From Malacoraja senta (taxonomy: Eukaryota), in assembly GCA_038087875.1 (NCBI GenBank), contig JAXLNO010000338.1:186001-246991 (forward strand): DNA of 60,991 nt, given 5' to 3'. Of this stretch, positions 1 to 12,822 are shown in pieces. Position 1 is the first letter of the stretch. Each line of letters begins with the position of its first letter. The notes below the pieces were generated by a model, which saw nothing but the letters and a program-made list of their open reading frames with translations, did not search any database and had not been told where the DNA came from. The position numbers and the translations under genes were made by a program.

Positions 1-695
1 TATCTACATTAAACTTCATCCGCCATGCATCTGCCCACTCCCCCAACCTGTCCAAGTCACCCTGCATTCTCATAGCATCCTCCTCACAGTTCACACTGCC
101 ACCCAGCTTTGTGTCATTTGCAAATTTGCTAATGTTACTTTGAATCCCTTCATCCAAATCATTCATGAATATTGTAAATAGTTGCGGTCCCAGCATCGAG
201 CCTTGCCGTACCCCACTAGTCACTACCTGCCATTCTGAAAGGGACCCGCTAATCCCTACTCTTTGTTTCCGGTCTGCCAACCACTTCTCTATCCATGTCA
301 GCACTCTACACGTTATACCATGTGCCCTAATTTTGCCTACTAATCTCCTATGTGGGACCTTATCAAATGCTTTCTGAAAGTCCAAGTACACTACATCCAC
401 TGGCTCTCGCTTGTCCATTTTCCTAGTTACATCCTCAAAAATTCCAGAAGATTTAGTCAAGCATGATTTCCCTTTCGTAAATCCATGCTGACTTGGACCG
501 ATCCTGTTACTGCTATCCAAATGTGCGGCTATCTCATCTTTTATAATTGACTCCAGCATCTACCCCACCACCGATGTCAGGCTAACTGGTCTATAATTCC
601 CTGTTTTCTCTCTCCCGCCTTTCTTAAAAAGTGGGATAACATTAGCTACCCTCCAATCCACAGGAACTGATCCTGAATCTATTGAACATTGGAAA
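1..695 (-). mobile_element. CR1-clade LINE ORF2 (RT) fragment
   Basis: Near-identical to the minus-strand CR1 RT sequence at 44770-45460 (KLGGSVNCEED, DVVYLDFQKAF region); runs off the window start. Confidence 0.9.
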
Positions 696-2274
696 AAAAA
701 TCATTTGAAAGAATAATAACATTAGCTTTATTCATTGGAAACAATAAACTGAATTTGAATAGTCAAGAGAAACACCGCTATTTTAGATTTTAATCAGTCG
801 GATGAAGCAAAAACAATGAAATTTGTTCCCTTTTTAGTGAAGGCACCATCATTTTAATAGGAGAACACATTTCACAATAACATTTGAAGAAGTACATCAG
901 TTTTGCAAACTACATTTCAATCATTTAATCCCGTTCATTTAATCCACTATTACCAATGAAGAATAATGTCTGAAGTTTACTGACCTTCTGCAGAGGAACT
1001 TGTGTGGAATTCTGGAGAAGCAGCAACGTGGCTTTGAGCCCAGCACAGGACAAGCTGAGGTTCCCTCACACTGCACAGTAACTGACACTGCCTCTTGTCA
1101 AACTAAATGACACCCCCCCCCCCTCCAGCTCAGGGTTCCGGCACCACTGGTGTTGATACAAATGGGTTCAGATATAGAATTATACCACAAATAAAGATTC
1201 CATCAGGAAGCGAACTTGCACCTTTGCGATTTTGAACATTTCGAATGGATCTCAAATGGGAGAGCTCCAGGTGCTTTGCTGCATCCTGCTGGGCCTGATG
1301 TTCCACGAGAGAGTACATGCAATCCAGGGAGGCCTGCCATTTCATGATGAAAAAACCTCCATAGAGGGTTCTGTTCATTAAACATGCTGGCAATTCCATT
1401 GCACCCATTAGGATAAACTGAACCATTCCCGGAGAGAGGATTGGCCCTGGTGAAAGGAGAAAGAACATACTGTTTCCTCGCTTGCCTCTTCATGGGAAGG
1501 AGCCCACAGATTTCACCATGGGAAGTTTTCACTGTCCTAATGAATGCCCACATTTATTAGTCAGCTGAGCAAAATCTCGAATGACATTAAAAGAAGCAAG
1601 AGTACAGAGCGTACACTGGGTGTGGACCTCAGCATCCATCATTGGGAGTGGCTTGATCACACGACCACTCACTGAGATGGCCGAACCCTGAAGGATGTGT
1701 CTACCAGGCTCTTTCTACAGCAGGTAGAGAATGAGCCAACACAAGGGACTGACCTACTTGACCTCCTCCTCTCCTGTCCACCTGCAACAGGTGAATCTGT
1801 TGACCATGGCTTTGGCAGAAATCAGAAGACCATTGCACAGTTCTCATTGAGGACAATGTTTTGTCATTATACCAAAGTCATCCCATATTGCTCTGACTGG
1901 CACAACAGTTTTTGATGTCATCTTCCCAAAGGAGCTGCAGAGGCTGAGACATTGACTATGTTCAAGGTAGAGGATGATTGACTATAAACTCAACAGAAGT
2001 CAGGAGACGTGGGGAAAGTGGGAAGATGGTGTTGAGACCAATATTGGATCAGCTGTATGGGCCTGAAAAATTGTGCTCCCTCAGACTTTATTCCTTGGAG
2101 TGCAAGAGCCTGAGATAGTTGAATTATTGAGGGGAATAGATAGGCTGAATGAACAGAGCCTTTTACTCAGTGTGGGGGTATCAAGAACCAGAGGACACGG
2201 GTTTGAGGTGAGATGATAAGGTTTAATATGAACACGAAGGGCATCCTTTACATTCAAAGGATAAAGGATTCAAA

Positions 2275-3462
2275 CAAGAGTAGTTGAGTATCGAAGCAAA
2301 GAGGTCCTTCTGCAGTTGTACAGAGCCCTAGTGAGACCACACCTGGAGTATTATGTGCAGTTTTGGTCCCCTAATTTGAGGAAGGACATTCTGGCTATTG
2401 AGGGAGCCCAGCGTAGGTTTACAAGGTTAATTCCCGGGATGACGGGACTGTCGTATGCTTGTATACTCTGGAGTTTAGAAGGATGAGAGGGTGTCTTATT
2501 GAAACATATAAGATTATTAAGGGTTTGGACATGCTAGAGGCAGGAAACATGTTCCTGATGTTGGGAGCACATCAGCGCCTCTACTTCCTGAGAAGATTAC
2601 GGAGAGTCGGTTTGTCAAGGAAGACTCTCTCTAACTTCTACAGGTGCACAGTAGAGAGCATGCTGACCGGTTGCATCGTGGCTTGGTTCGGCAACTTGAG
2701 TGCCCTGGAGAGGAAAAGACTACAAAAAGTAGTAAACACTGCCCAGTCCATCATCGGCTCTGACCTCCCTTCCATCGAGGGGATCTACCACAGTCGGTGC
2801 CTCAAAAAGGCTGGCAGCATCATCAAGGACCCACACCATCCTGGCCACACACTCATCTCCCTACTACCTTCAGGTAGAAGGTACAGGAGCCTGAAGACTG
2901 CAACGAGCAGGTTCAGGAACAGCTAGTTCCCCACAGCCATCAGGCTATTAAACCTGGCTCGGACATAACACTGAACTTTACTAGCCAATGCTGTTATTTG
3001 CACGTTATCAGTATATTGACCATTGTGTATATATTTATAGAATGCCTTGTAGTAAATGCCTACTATGTTCTGTTGTGCTCAAGCAAAGCAAGAATGTCAT
3101 TGTCCTACCAGGGACACATGACAATAAACTCACTTGACTTGACTTGACTTGACTTGAGAGTCCAGAACCAGGGACCACAGTTTAAGAATAAGGGGCAAGC
3201 CTTTTAGAACGGAGATGAGGAAAAACTTTTTCACACAGAGGGTTGTGAATATGTAGAATTCTCTGCCTCAGAGGGTTGTGGAGGCCGAATCACTGGATGC
3301 TTTCAAGAGAGAGCTAGATAGGGCTCTTGAAGATAGTAGAGTCAGGGGATATGGGGAGAAGGCAGGAACAGGGTACTGATTGGGGATGATCAGCCATTAT
3401 CACATTGAATGGCGGTGCTGGCTTGAAGGGCCGTATGGCCTACTCCTGCACATATTGTCTAT
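2275..3462 (+). mobile_element. 5'-truncated CR1 LINE 3' end, interrupted by Rex1
   Basis: LVRPHLEY and YTLEFRRMRG coding remnants plus CR1 3'UTR. The uninterrupted mirror copy lies at about 9478-10072(-). Confidence 0.9.
2567..3156 (+). mobile_element. Rex1/Babar-like LINE 3' fragment
   Basis: AHQRLYFLRRLRR...FYRCTVESMLTGCIVAWFGN...LLPSGRRYRSLK C-terminal motif, AATAAA and (CTTGA)n tail. Confidence 0.85.
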
Positions 3463-5076
3463 AAAGGGTAGTAGGTATATGTGATGAGCTGCCAGAGGAG
3501 GTAGTTGAAGCAAGTACTAACATTTCAAATAAAAGACCCTCGAACAGGTTCATGGAAAGGAAAGGTTTAGAGGGATATGGGTCAAATGGAACTAAGTTTG
3601 ATGAGGAAACCAGGTCAGCATTGACGTGTTGCAGCTGTTTCTGTGCTGTACGACTCTGTGGTTCCATGACTCTGACTAAGTCCTGAGAGCTGTGTGAGAG
3701 CATCTTCACCAAAAGTATTGCAGAACTTCAAGAAGGCAGCTCACCACCATCTTCTCCAAGGCAGTTAGGGATGGATAATAAATATTGACTTTGATGCTGA
3801 TATTAGTAAAAATCTAATTGGAATAAATCTTCTCCTTTGCACCATACTGTAGATTATCTGCCACAATTTATCCCAATCACTGACAAACACAGATACTTGA
3901 GCTTCTCTGTCTTTTAGTTACTATCCTTATAATAAATGCATCCTCAGCACACACAGATATGTTCTGTTCTCACGTATTTAAAAACAATTACACAACTATA
4001 ATTACAAGGAATTACTTTTGAATGTAAAGGGTAAATAGAGAAGTTGTATCTGAAGATAACATCAGCGTAAAAGAGGAAGGATCTGTGTTAGGCCATGTTT
4101 ACTCTTGTTTAGGATGTGGGCCTCATTGCTCAGGCTTCCATTTTTAGCCCATGAGGATGTGAACATCCTTACGTAGCCAGTGAATGATGCTCCCACAGTG
4201 CTCTTGATAGGAATGAAGGAACAGCAATGGATTTCCAAGTCATGACTGGAGAAGCACCCACAGCATGTGGTGATCCCATGGGCCTGTTGCCATTGTCTTT
4301 CTTGGTTGATGGGATCACTGATATGAGAGGTGTTATTGAAGTAGCCTTGGCAATGAACATTGAGACACCTTGCGGTGGTCGATTGGGACCGAGATCACTG
4401 TACACAAGTGGTGGAAACAAACAAATGATGTTTGTTCAGTGGGACTTTGCCATCAATAGATTTCTGAGAAAGAACAGTAACTGTTGCAAAAGCTATGAAA
4501 GTTTGGCTGTACACTGTTATGTTAGAAGCAAGGAGCAAATAATGATTGAGCTGATATGTGGATTGGTATAAACTGTGCGGTCAATATTTTCAGCTTTATA
4601 TGAAATCGACAGTTCAAAGAAAACAACGCCAAATATCAGAAGAGTTTCAAAACTGCTTTTATCCAAATTCTATCCAAACTCATTGGAATATCACCGACCC
4701 CAAAACATGCCTCGGAGCAGCTCAGTTGGACACACTTAAATTAATAAAGTTAATGCTTTTAGGAATATTACCCAATATATTTTTAAGGGGAAAAAAAGCC
4801 ACATACTTTTGCAATAGTTAAATGCTTCAGTTTCTCACATGAACCCATTGCCATGGTGACTGAAGTCCACCATTCAATGCTTGAACCCCACTCCTCCCCC
4901 TACTGCTCCCTGCCTTTCTGCAGCCCCAACTCCAGTCCCAGTTCAATGCAATGACACATTTTAGAGGTTGTTTGACAAAGTTATTCTTTAAGTTATTATG
5001 TGGTAAGCAAGCCTTAGTACAAATGAAAACCAGTCTGATAACCTCACCACATTGTCTTACTTTTGGCTGAAACATC

Positions 5077-5151
5077 AATCAAATTAGATCAAACAGAACG
5101 TTGTCCTCCAACTTTAGGCTGTGCATGCCATACGCAAGAAGCGAAGAAGAA
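5077..5151 (+). mobile_element. 75-bp retroposon 3' fragment with (GAA)n tail and 12-bp TSD
   Basis: GGCTGAAACATC direct repeats at 5065-5076 and 5152-5163; insert ends gcaagaagcgaagaagaa. Confidence 0.75.
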
Positions 5152-6774
5152 GGCTGAAACATCTCATGGTCAAGTTGGTTTACAAACCAACTCTCTCGAG
5201 CAGTCTCCTGCTGTGGGGCTGTAACTTGTGCACGGCAGACAGCACAGTTTGTTTACAAAACTATCCTTTTCAATTCAAAACTGATTACTGCATGTAGCCT
5301 ACATTTGAATTACATTTGAAGACTGGTTTTCATTTGTACTAATGCTTGCTTACCACATAATAACTTAAAGAATAACTTTGTCGAACAACCTCTAAAATGT
5401 GTCATTGCATTGAATTGGGACTGGAGTTGGGGCTGCAGAAAGGCAGGGAGCAGTAGGGGGGGGAGTGGGGTTCAAGCATTGAATGGTGGACCTCAGTCAC
5501 CGTGGCAATGGGTTCATGTGAAAAACTGAAGCATTTAACTATTGCAAAAGTATGTGGCTTTTATATCCCTTAAAAATATATTGGGTAATATTCCTGGAAG
5601 CATTATCTTTAATAATTTAAGTGTGTCCAACTGAGCTGCTCCGAGGCATGTTTTGGAGTCAGTGATATTCCAATGAGTTTGGATAGAATTTGGATAAAAG
5701 CAGTTTTGAAACTCTTCTGATATTTGGCGTTGTTTTCTTTGAACTGTCGATTTCATATAAAGCTGAAAAAATTGACCGCACAGTTTCTACCAATCCACAT
5801 ATCAGCTCAATCATTATTTGCTCTTTGCATCTAACATAACAGTGTACAGCCAAACTTTCATAGCTTTTGCAACAGTTACTGTTCTTTCTCAGAAATCTAT
5901 TGAAGGCAAAGTCCCACTGAACAAACATCATTTGCAAAATATATTCCATTTCACTCTGCCAGTTTTCCACACAAAGCCCTTGCTGACATTTAGTTCTCAT
6001 ACCTGGGATGTGAGGTTGCTACAAAGCCAGTATTTATTGCCCATCCGTAATTGCCCCCTGAACATAGTGGAGGGCGGGATCATCTCACAGGACAGTTAAG
6101 AGCCAACCACATTGCTATAGGCCTGGAATCACGTGGATGTCAAATCAGGGGAGTTTTCCTCACCAGACGGGCATTGTGATCCAGGTGGGTTTGCCAGCAA
6201 TCTGGTGCCTTCTGGAACTTAATTCATGAATTAATTATTCATTTTAATTTCAATTACCCAGAATCCAAAGCAGGATTTGGATTCATATTTCCAGATCGAG
6301 AATCAAGCCCTCTTCATATTGAATCACCAGAACTCGACACTGTCGTCCCTATAGTCTCTCTATTAGTTTCTCATTGAGCTGTGCTATCCCAAGGTAATAC
6401 TCTTTGCAAACTGGTGGATAAATTGCTCCCAGTGTCTCAGGAAACAAATATGCATGCGGAATGGCCACAATTTTTGTGTGTCCGATCCAGAAAATACATG
6501 CCCTTTCTTCAAGCACAATCCACACCCAGAAATGCTTGGTCACGTTAGCGGGGTGGCACAAATAGACCCGTAAACTGTTATAACTCTGTTCAATCCTGAC
6601 AAATGGTTTTATAAAATGTGAAAGTGCTCAGAAATATGATCGAGTTTCTAAATACAATCTGCTTGATCATTGATCATTAATCTCCGAATTGTATACGGGC
6701 TATGAAAATATAAACAAACTCGGCTGGAGATTGCAAGGGAAGCAACAGATTGTGTCCATGCTGCAGCATGTGGG

Positions 6775-7545
6775 AGATAGCGATCAGTGGAACTCTCTTC
6801 GGGATGTCCATGTCTGCATGAAAGGATTCTGCATTCAATCTCTTGGGCTCTACATCAGTGATGTACTCAACTATTTACAATATATATTCATGATTTAGAT
6901 GATGGAATTAAAAGTAGCACTAGCAAATTTGCAGATGACACAAAGCTGGGTGGCAGTATGAACTGCCAAGAGGATGTTGCAGGTTGAGTGAGTGGCAGAT
7001 GCATGGCAGATGCAGTATAATTTAGATACTTGTGAGAGTATCCACTATGGTGGCAAGAACAAGGAGGCAGATTATTACCTCAATGGTGTGAGATTAGGAA
7101 AAAGAGAAGCGCAATGAGACCTGGGTGTCCTTGTACACCAGTCAATGAAAGTAAACATGCAGGTACAGCAGGCAGTGAAGAAAGCTAATGGCGTGTTGGC
7201 CTTCATAATGAGAAGATTTGAGTATAGGAGTAAAGAGGTCCTTCTGCAGGGTTTTTTCACAGTCTAAAAATAAAGGGGCGGCCATTTAAAACTGAGATGA
7301 GAAAAAACGTTTCCACCCAGACAGTTGTGAATCTGTGAAATTCTCTGACACTGAAGGCAGTGGAAGCCAATTCACTGGATGTTTTCAAGAGAGAGTTAGA
7401 TTTAGCTCTTAAGGCTAACGGAATCAAGGGGTATGGGGAGAAAGCAGGAATGGGGTACTGGTTCTGGATGATCAGCCATGATCATATTGCATGGCAATGC
7501 TGTCTCGAAGGGACTCCTGCACTATATTTCACTGTTTCTATGTCA
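6775..7545 (+). mobile_element. Degenerate, internally deleted CR1 fragment
   Basis: [14 protein letters not shown] sequence at about 6925-6955 and CR1 3' end (GIKGYGEKAG) at about 7420-7460. Confidence 0.8.
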
Positions 7546-9477
7546 GGTGAGGTATGGGAACATGAGGCTAGTCACTAGAGGGAGAGGAGAAACTTGGATA
7601 ATTTTAAACTGAACAATTTCACTCTGTGGATTTTGACAAAAGTAAAGAAAAGGTTGAGATTGTTAGGAAGCTGGGTAGTGGGGATTTAAGAGAGATTGAG
7701 AAGAGGTTCTATTGACACTGCTCCCTTTACAAGTGTTGTGGAACCTCCAAAATTATAAAGTATTTGTAAGTATTTGAATATCATTAATCCAGGTGTACTT
7801 GATTTTACTTGTGAAGCATTTCTTTACTCATTCAGTTATTCTCGACAATTTAAGCATTACTGTCAAGGTTAGTGGTTCCCCCCCATTGTTAATTGTACTC
7901 AAGACAGTGGTAGATTGCTTTCCTAAACCTTTCCATTCCTTCCGGTGAAAGTACTCCCACGGTTAGACTAGGTAGGAAGTTGCAGCATTAAGAAGCAGTA
8001 TCGATAAAGGAAAGGTGATTCATTTCTTGTTATCATGGGGCAAGCAATTCCTGACACCACAAACCCTCTCCATCAGCGGCAAGGCCCAATTCAGGAGGGT
8101 GCAATGCCTTGATGAATGTTACTCCAGTGATACTGAAGAAGCACAACATCATCCAGGACATAGCATTACCCCATCTACTACTGTAATCATCTTTGTTTCC
8201 ACCACTTGTGTACAGTGATCTCGGTCTCAATCAACCACCGCAAGGTGTCTCAATGTTCATTGCCAAGGCTACTTCAATAACACCTCTCATATCAGTGATC
8301 CCATCAACCAAGAAAGACAATGGCAACAGGCCCATGGGATCACCACATGCTGTGGGTGCCTCTCCAGTCATGACTTGGAAATTCATTGTTGTTCCTTCAT
8401 TCCTATCAAGAGCACTGTGGGAGCATCATTCACTGGCTACGTAAGGATGTTCACATCCTCATGGGCTAAAAATGGAAGCCTGAGCAGTGAGCCCCACATC
8501 CTAAACAATTGATTTCTAAGCAAACAATCTGGATGGAACAAGAAAGGGCACCTCATCATCAGCTCAGCAGTTAGTCTTGTCCGCATCGTGAGAAGAAATG
8601 TAATCAGGCTCCTTACTTAATTCGGATTAACAAATCATTTCCCCCCATATTGTGTGAATTCTGCAGAGAAATAAAGTTCATTTTTATTGCTGCTCACCCT
8701 CTGTTTTGATATTTTTCCCCAGCTCCTGAATATTTCTCTTCATAATTCATCTCATCTCCCCCTCCAACCCACAATGTCTGTCACTCTCACATTCTAAACA
8801 CTGGGATCACACACTGTTTTATCTGGTGCAAGCAGAAGTGTAAACATGACCTAACGCAGATCCTTCCTCTTTTACGCTGATGTCATCTTCAGAAACAACT
8901 TCTCCATTTACACTTTACATTTAAAAGTAATTCCTTGTAATTCTATTTGTGTATTTTTTTTTAAATACGTGAGAACAGAACACATCTGTGTGTGCTGAGG
9001 AAGCATTTATTAAAAGGATATTAACTAAAAGACAGAGAAGCTCAAGTATCTGTGTTTGTCAGTGATTGGGATAAATTGTGGCAGATAATCTACAGTATGG
9101 TGCAAAGGAGAAGATTTATTCCAATTAGTTTTTACTAATATCAGCATCAAACTCAATATTTATTATCCATCCCTAACTACCTTGGAGAAGATGGTGGTGA
9201 GCTGCCTTCTTGAAGTTCTGCAATACTTTTGGTGAAGATGCTCTCACACAGCTATCAGGACTTAGTCAGAGTCATGGAACCAGAGTAGTACAGCACAGAA
9301 ACAGCCGCAACACGTCAATGCTGACCTAGTTTCCTCATCAAACTTAGTTCCATTTGCCCCATATCCCTCTAAACCTTGCCTTTCCATGAACCTGTTCACG
9401 GGTCTTTTAATTGCAATGTTAGTACTTGCTTCAACTACCTCCTCTGGCAGCTCATCACATATACCTTCTACCCTTTA

Positions 9478-10072
9478 TAGACAATAGGTGCAGGAGTAGG
9501 CCATTCGGCCCTTCAAGCCAGCACCGCCATTCAATGTGATCATGGCTGATCATCCCCAATCAGTACCCCGTTCCTGCCTTCTCCCCATATCCCCTGACTC
9601 TACTATCTTCAAGAGCCCTATCTAGCTCTCTCTTGAAAGCATCCAGCGAACTGGCCTCCACCACCATCTGAGGCAGAGAAATCTACATATTCACAACGCT
9701 CATCTCCGTTCGAAATGGCTTGCCCCTTATTCTTAAACTGTGGTCCCTGGTTCTGGACTCTCCCCACATCAGGAACATGTTTCCTGCCTCTAGCATGTCC
9801 AAACCCTTAATAATCTTATATGTTTCAATAAGATTCCCTCTCATCCTTCTGAACTCCAGAGTATACAAGCCCAGCCGCTCCATTCTCTCAGCATATGACA
9901 GTCCCGTAATTCCGGGAATTAACCTTGTAAAGCTACGCTGCACTCCCTCAATAGCAAGAATTTCCTTCCTCAAATTAGGGGACCAAAACTGCACACAATA
10001 CTCCAGGTGTGGTCTCACTAGGGCTCTGTACAACTGCAGAAGGACCTCTTTGCTTCAATACTCAACTCCTCT
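9478..10072 (-). mobile_element. CR1 LINE 3' fragment (right-arm copy)
   Basis: ORF 9683-10033 YRALVRPHLEYCVQFWSP and CR1 3'UTR. Confidence 0.9.
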
Positions 10073-11837
10073 TCTTTGAATCCTTTAACCTTTGAATGTA
10101 AAGGATGCCCTTCGTGTTCATATTAAACCTTATCATCTCACCTCAAACCCGTGTCCTCTGGTTCTTGATACCCCCACACTGGGTAAAAGGCTCTGTTCAT
10201 TCAGCCTATCTATTCCCCTCAATAATTCAACTATCTCAGCCTCTTGCACTCCAAGGAATAAAGTCTGAGGGAGCACAATTTTTCAGGCCCATACAGCTGA
10301 TCCAATATTGGTCTCAACACCATCTTCCCACTTTCCCCACGTCTCCTGACTTCTGTTGAGTTTATAGTCAATCATCCTCTACCTTGAACATAGTCAATGT
10401 CTCAGCCTCTGCAGCTCCTTTGGGAAGATGACATCAAAAACTGTTGCGCCAGTCAGAGCAATATGGGATGACTTTGGTATAATGACAAAACATTGTCCTC
10501 AATGAGAACTGTGCAATGGTCTTCTGATTTCTGTCAAAGCCATGGTCAACAGATTCACCTGTTGCAGGTGGACAGGAGAGGAGGAGGTCAAGTAGGTCAG
10601 TCCCTTGTGTTGGCTCATTCTCTACCTGCTGTAGAAAGAGCCTGGTCGACACATCCTTCAGGGTTCGGCCATCTCAGTGAGTGGTCGTGTGACAAAGCCA
10701 CTCCCAATGATGGATGCTGAGGTCCACACCCAGTGTACACTCTGTACTCTTGCTTCTTTTAATGTCATTCGAGATTTTGCTCAGCTGACCAATAAAGGTG
10801 GGCATTCATTAGGACAGTGAAAGCTTCCCATGGTGAAATCTGTGGGCTCCTTCCCATGAAGAGGCAAGTGAGGAAACAGTATGTTCTTTCTCCTTTCACC
10901 AGGGCCAATCCTCTCTCCGGGAATGGTTCAGTTTATCCTAATGGGTGCAATGGAATTGCCAGCATGTTTAATGAACACAACCCTCTATGGAGGTTTTTTC
11001 ATCATGAAATGGCAGGACCTCCCTGGATTGCATGTACTCTCTCGCGGAACATCAGGCCCAGCAGGATGCAGCAAAGCACCTGGAGCTCTCCCATTTGAGA
11101 TCCATTCGAAATGTTCAAAATCGCAAAGGTGCAAGTTCGATTACAGATGGAATCATTATTTGTGGTATAATTCTATATCTGAACCCATTTGTATCAACAC
11201 CAGTGGTGCCGTAACCATGAGCTGGAGGGGGAGTGTCATTTAGTTTGACAAGAGGCAGTGTCAGTTACTGTGCAGTGTGAGGGAACCTCAGCTTGTCCTG
11301 TGCTGGGCTCAAAGCCACGTTGCTGCTTCTCCAGAATTGCACACAAGTTCCTCTGCAGAAGGTCAGTAAACTTCAGACATTATTCTTCATTGGTAATAGT
11401 GGATTAAATGAACGGGATTAAATGATTGAAATGTAGTTTGTAAAACTGATGTACTTCTTCAAATGTTATTGTGAAATGTGTTCTCCTATTACAATGATGG
11501 TGTCTTCACTAAAAAGGGAACAAATGTCATTATTTTGCTACATCCGACTGATTAAAATCTAAAATAGTTTCTCTTGACTATTCAAATGCCCTTTATTCTT
11601 TCCCACATTCATATTCCTTGTTTTCTACCTGCTGTATGAAAAGATGTCAATATATAACCTTGTTTGTTGTTTCTGTTTTCCAAAACAATGTTTTGATCTT
11701 GAAAAAAAAGAAATTGTTAGATGAAACATTTTCCTCCACAGATGCTGCCTGAGTCGCTGAGTTCCTCCAGGAATTTGTTTTGGTTTTTTTCCTTCAGGGA
11801 GAAGAAGTGGATGTGTTGAATTTTCAGTAGGTCTTTG

Positions 11838-12560
11838 ATCAGAATCAGAAACAGAATGTTTTTATTGTCATTGCATGTGTCACATACAACGAAATCAATG
11901 TGTCTCTCCATTTAAAAGAACTACAAACATTAACATTCTCAAACTTTTTACACTCCCTCCCTCCCCAAACCCACCCATGTATTCACATTTACATAAATTA
12001 ACACTGTCTCCCATAACCCGCTCCCGAGACAGTTCAGTTCCAAGATTGCTGATGGGTAAAAGCTGTTCTTGAGTCTGGAAGTACGTGACTTTAGCGACCT
12101 GTACCTTTTTCCTGAGCGCAGCAGTGTGAAAAGGGGGTGACAAGGATGTGTAATGTCTTTCACGATATTACAGGTCCTGCTGCGGCATCTGGAGTGGTAA
12201 ATGTCCTCCAGAGGGGGCAGGGGAGTCCAATGATACACTGGGCAGTTTTTATCACCCTCTGGAGAGCTGCTCTGTCAGCTGCTGAACAGTTCCCAAACCA
12301 GGCAGTTATGCAGTAAGTCAGTATGCTTTTTACCAAACAGCGGTAGAAAGACTCCAGCAGTTTAGCAGACAGATGGGCCTTCCTCAGTGTTCTGCGGAAG
12401 TAAAGTCTCTGTTGCGCCTTTTTCACAACTACAGCAGAGTTCACAGACCATTTGAGATCCTCACTGATGTTGATCCCCAGAAATTTAAAACTAGGCACCC
12501 TCTCAACCTTTTCGCCCCCTATCTCCAGTGGGAAAGCCATGCATAAAAGATCAACAAGGA
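11838..12560 (-). mobile_element. Rex1/Babar-like LINE 3' fragment
   Basis: ORFs 12160-12585 and 11948-12238 (FKFLGINISEDLKW, KKAQQRLYFRR, LRSGKRYRSLKSRTSRLKNSFYP) separated by a frameshift; short tandem tail near 11838-11857. Confidence 0.85.
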
Positions 12561-12822
12561 ATTTTAAAATATGTGGATTTGGCAATGTTCTACTGGGATA
12601 GATTGTAAATTCTTTAGCAGGCTAGGAACCGAGACTTCTTTTGGGTGGCACATGGTGACTAATGAGCCATCATTGAAACCATTGCTTGAGTCTGTTATTT
12701 TCAATGTACATTGATGATTTTGACAAGGAAGTAAATTTAATATTTCTATGTTTGATGACATAAAACTGAGAGTAATTAGGAGAAGCAAAGAGGATGCAAA
12801 GAGATTTCCAGGTGATCTCTGT

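Larger units (their letters stand above)
753..5036. repeat. Left arm of large inverted duplication
   Basis: Reverse complement matches: 753-4104 to 8838-11587, 4105-4421 to about 8190-8508, 4422-5036 to 5320-5936. Mirrored ORFs such as 1697-1915(+) and 10434-10652(-) differ at 2 of 72 aa. Confidence 0.95.
5320..11587. repeat. Right arm of large inverted duplication
   Basis: Mirror of 753-5036. Has two extra blocks (about 5937-8190 and 8509-8837) and lacks the Rex1 insertion of the left arm. Confidence 0.95.

Noticed and set aside
2459..2926. Chimeric CR1-Rex1 fusion protein
   Set aside because: Accidental in-frame junction of a nested insertion; both parts are truncated 3' fragments.
753..11587. 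Giant TIR DNA transposon (e.g. Polinton) or chimeric-read artefact
   Set aside because: No transposase or polymerase; the arms cover nearly the whole unit and include host repeats; substitutions and arm-specific indels argue against a read fold-back artefact.
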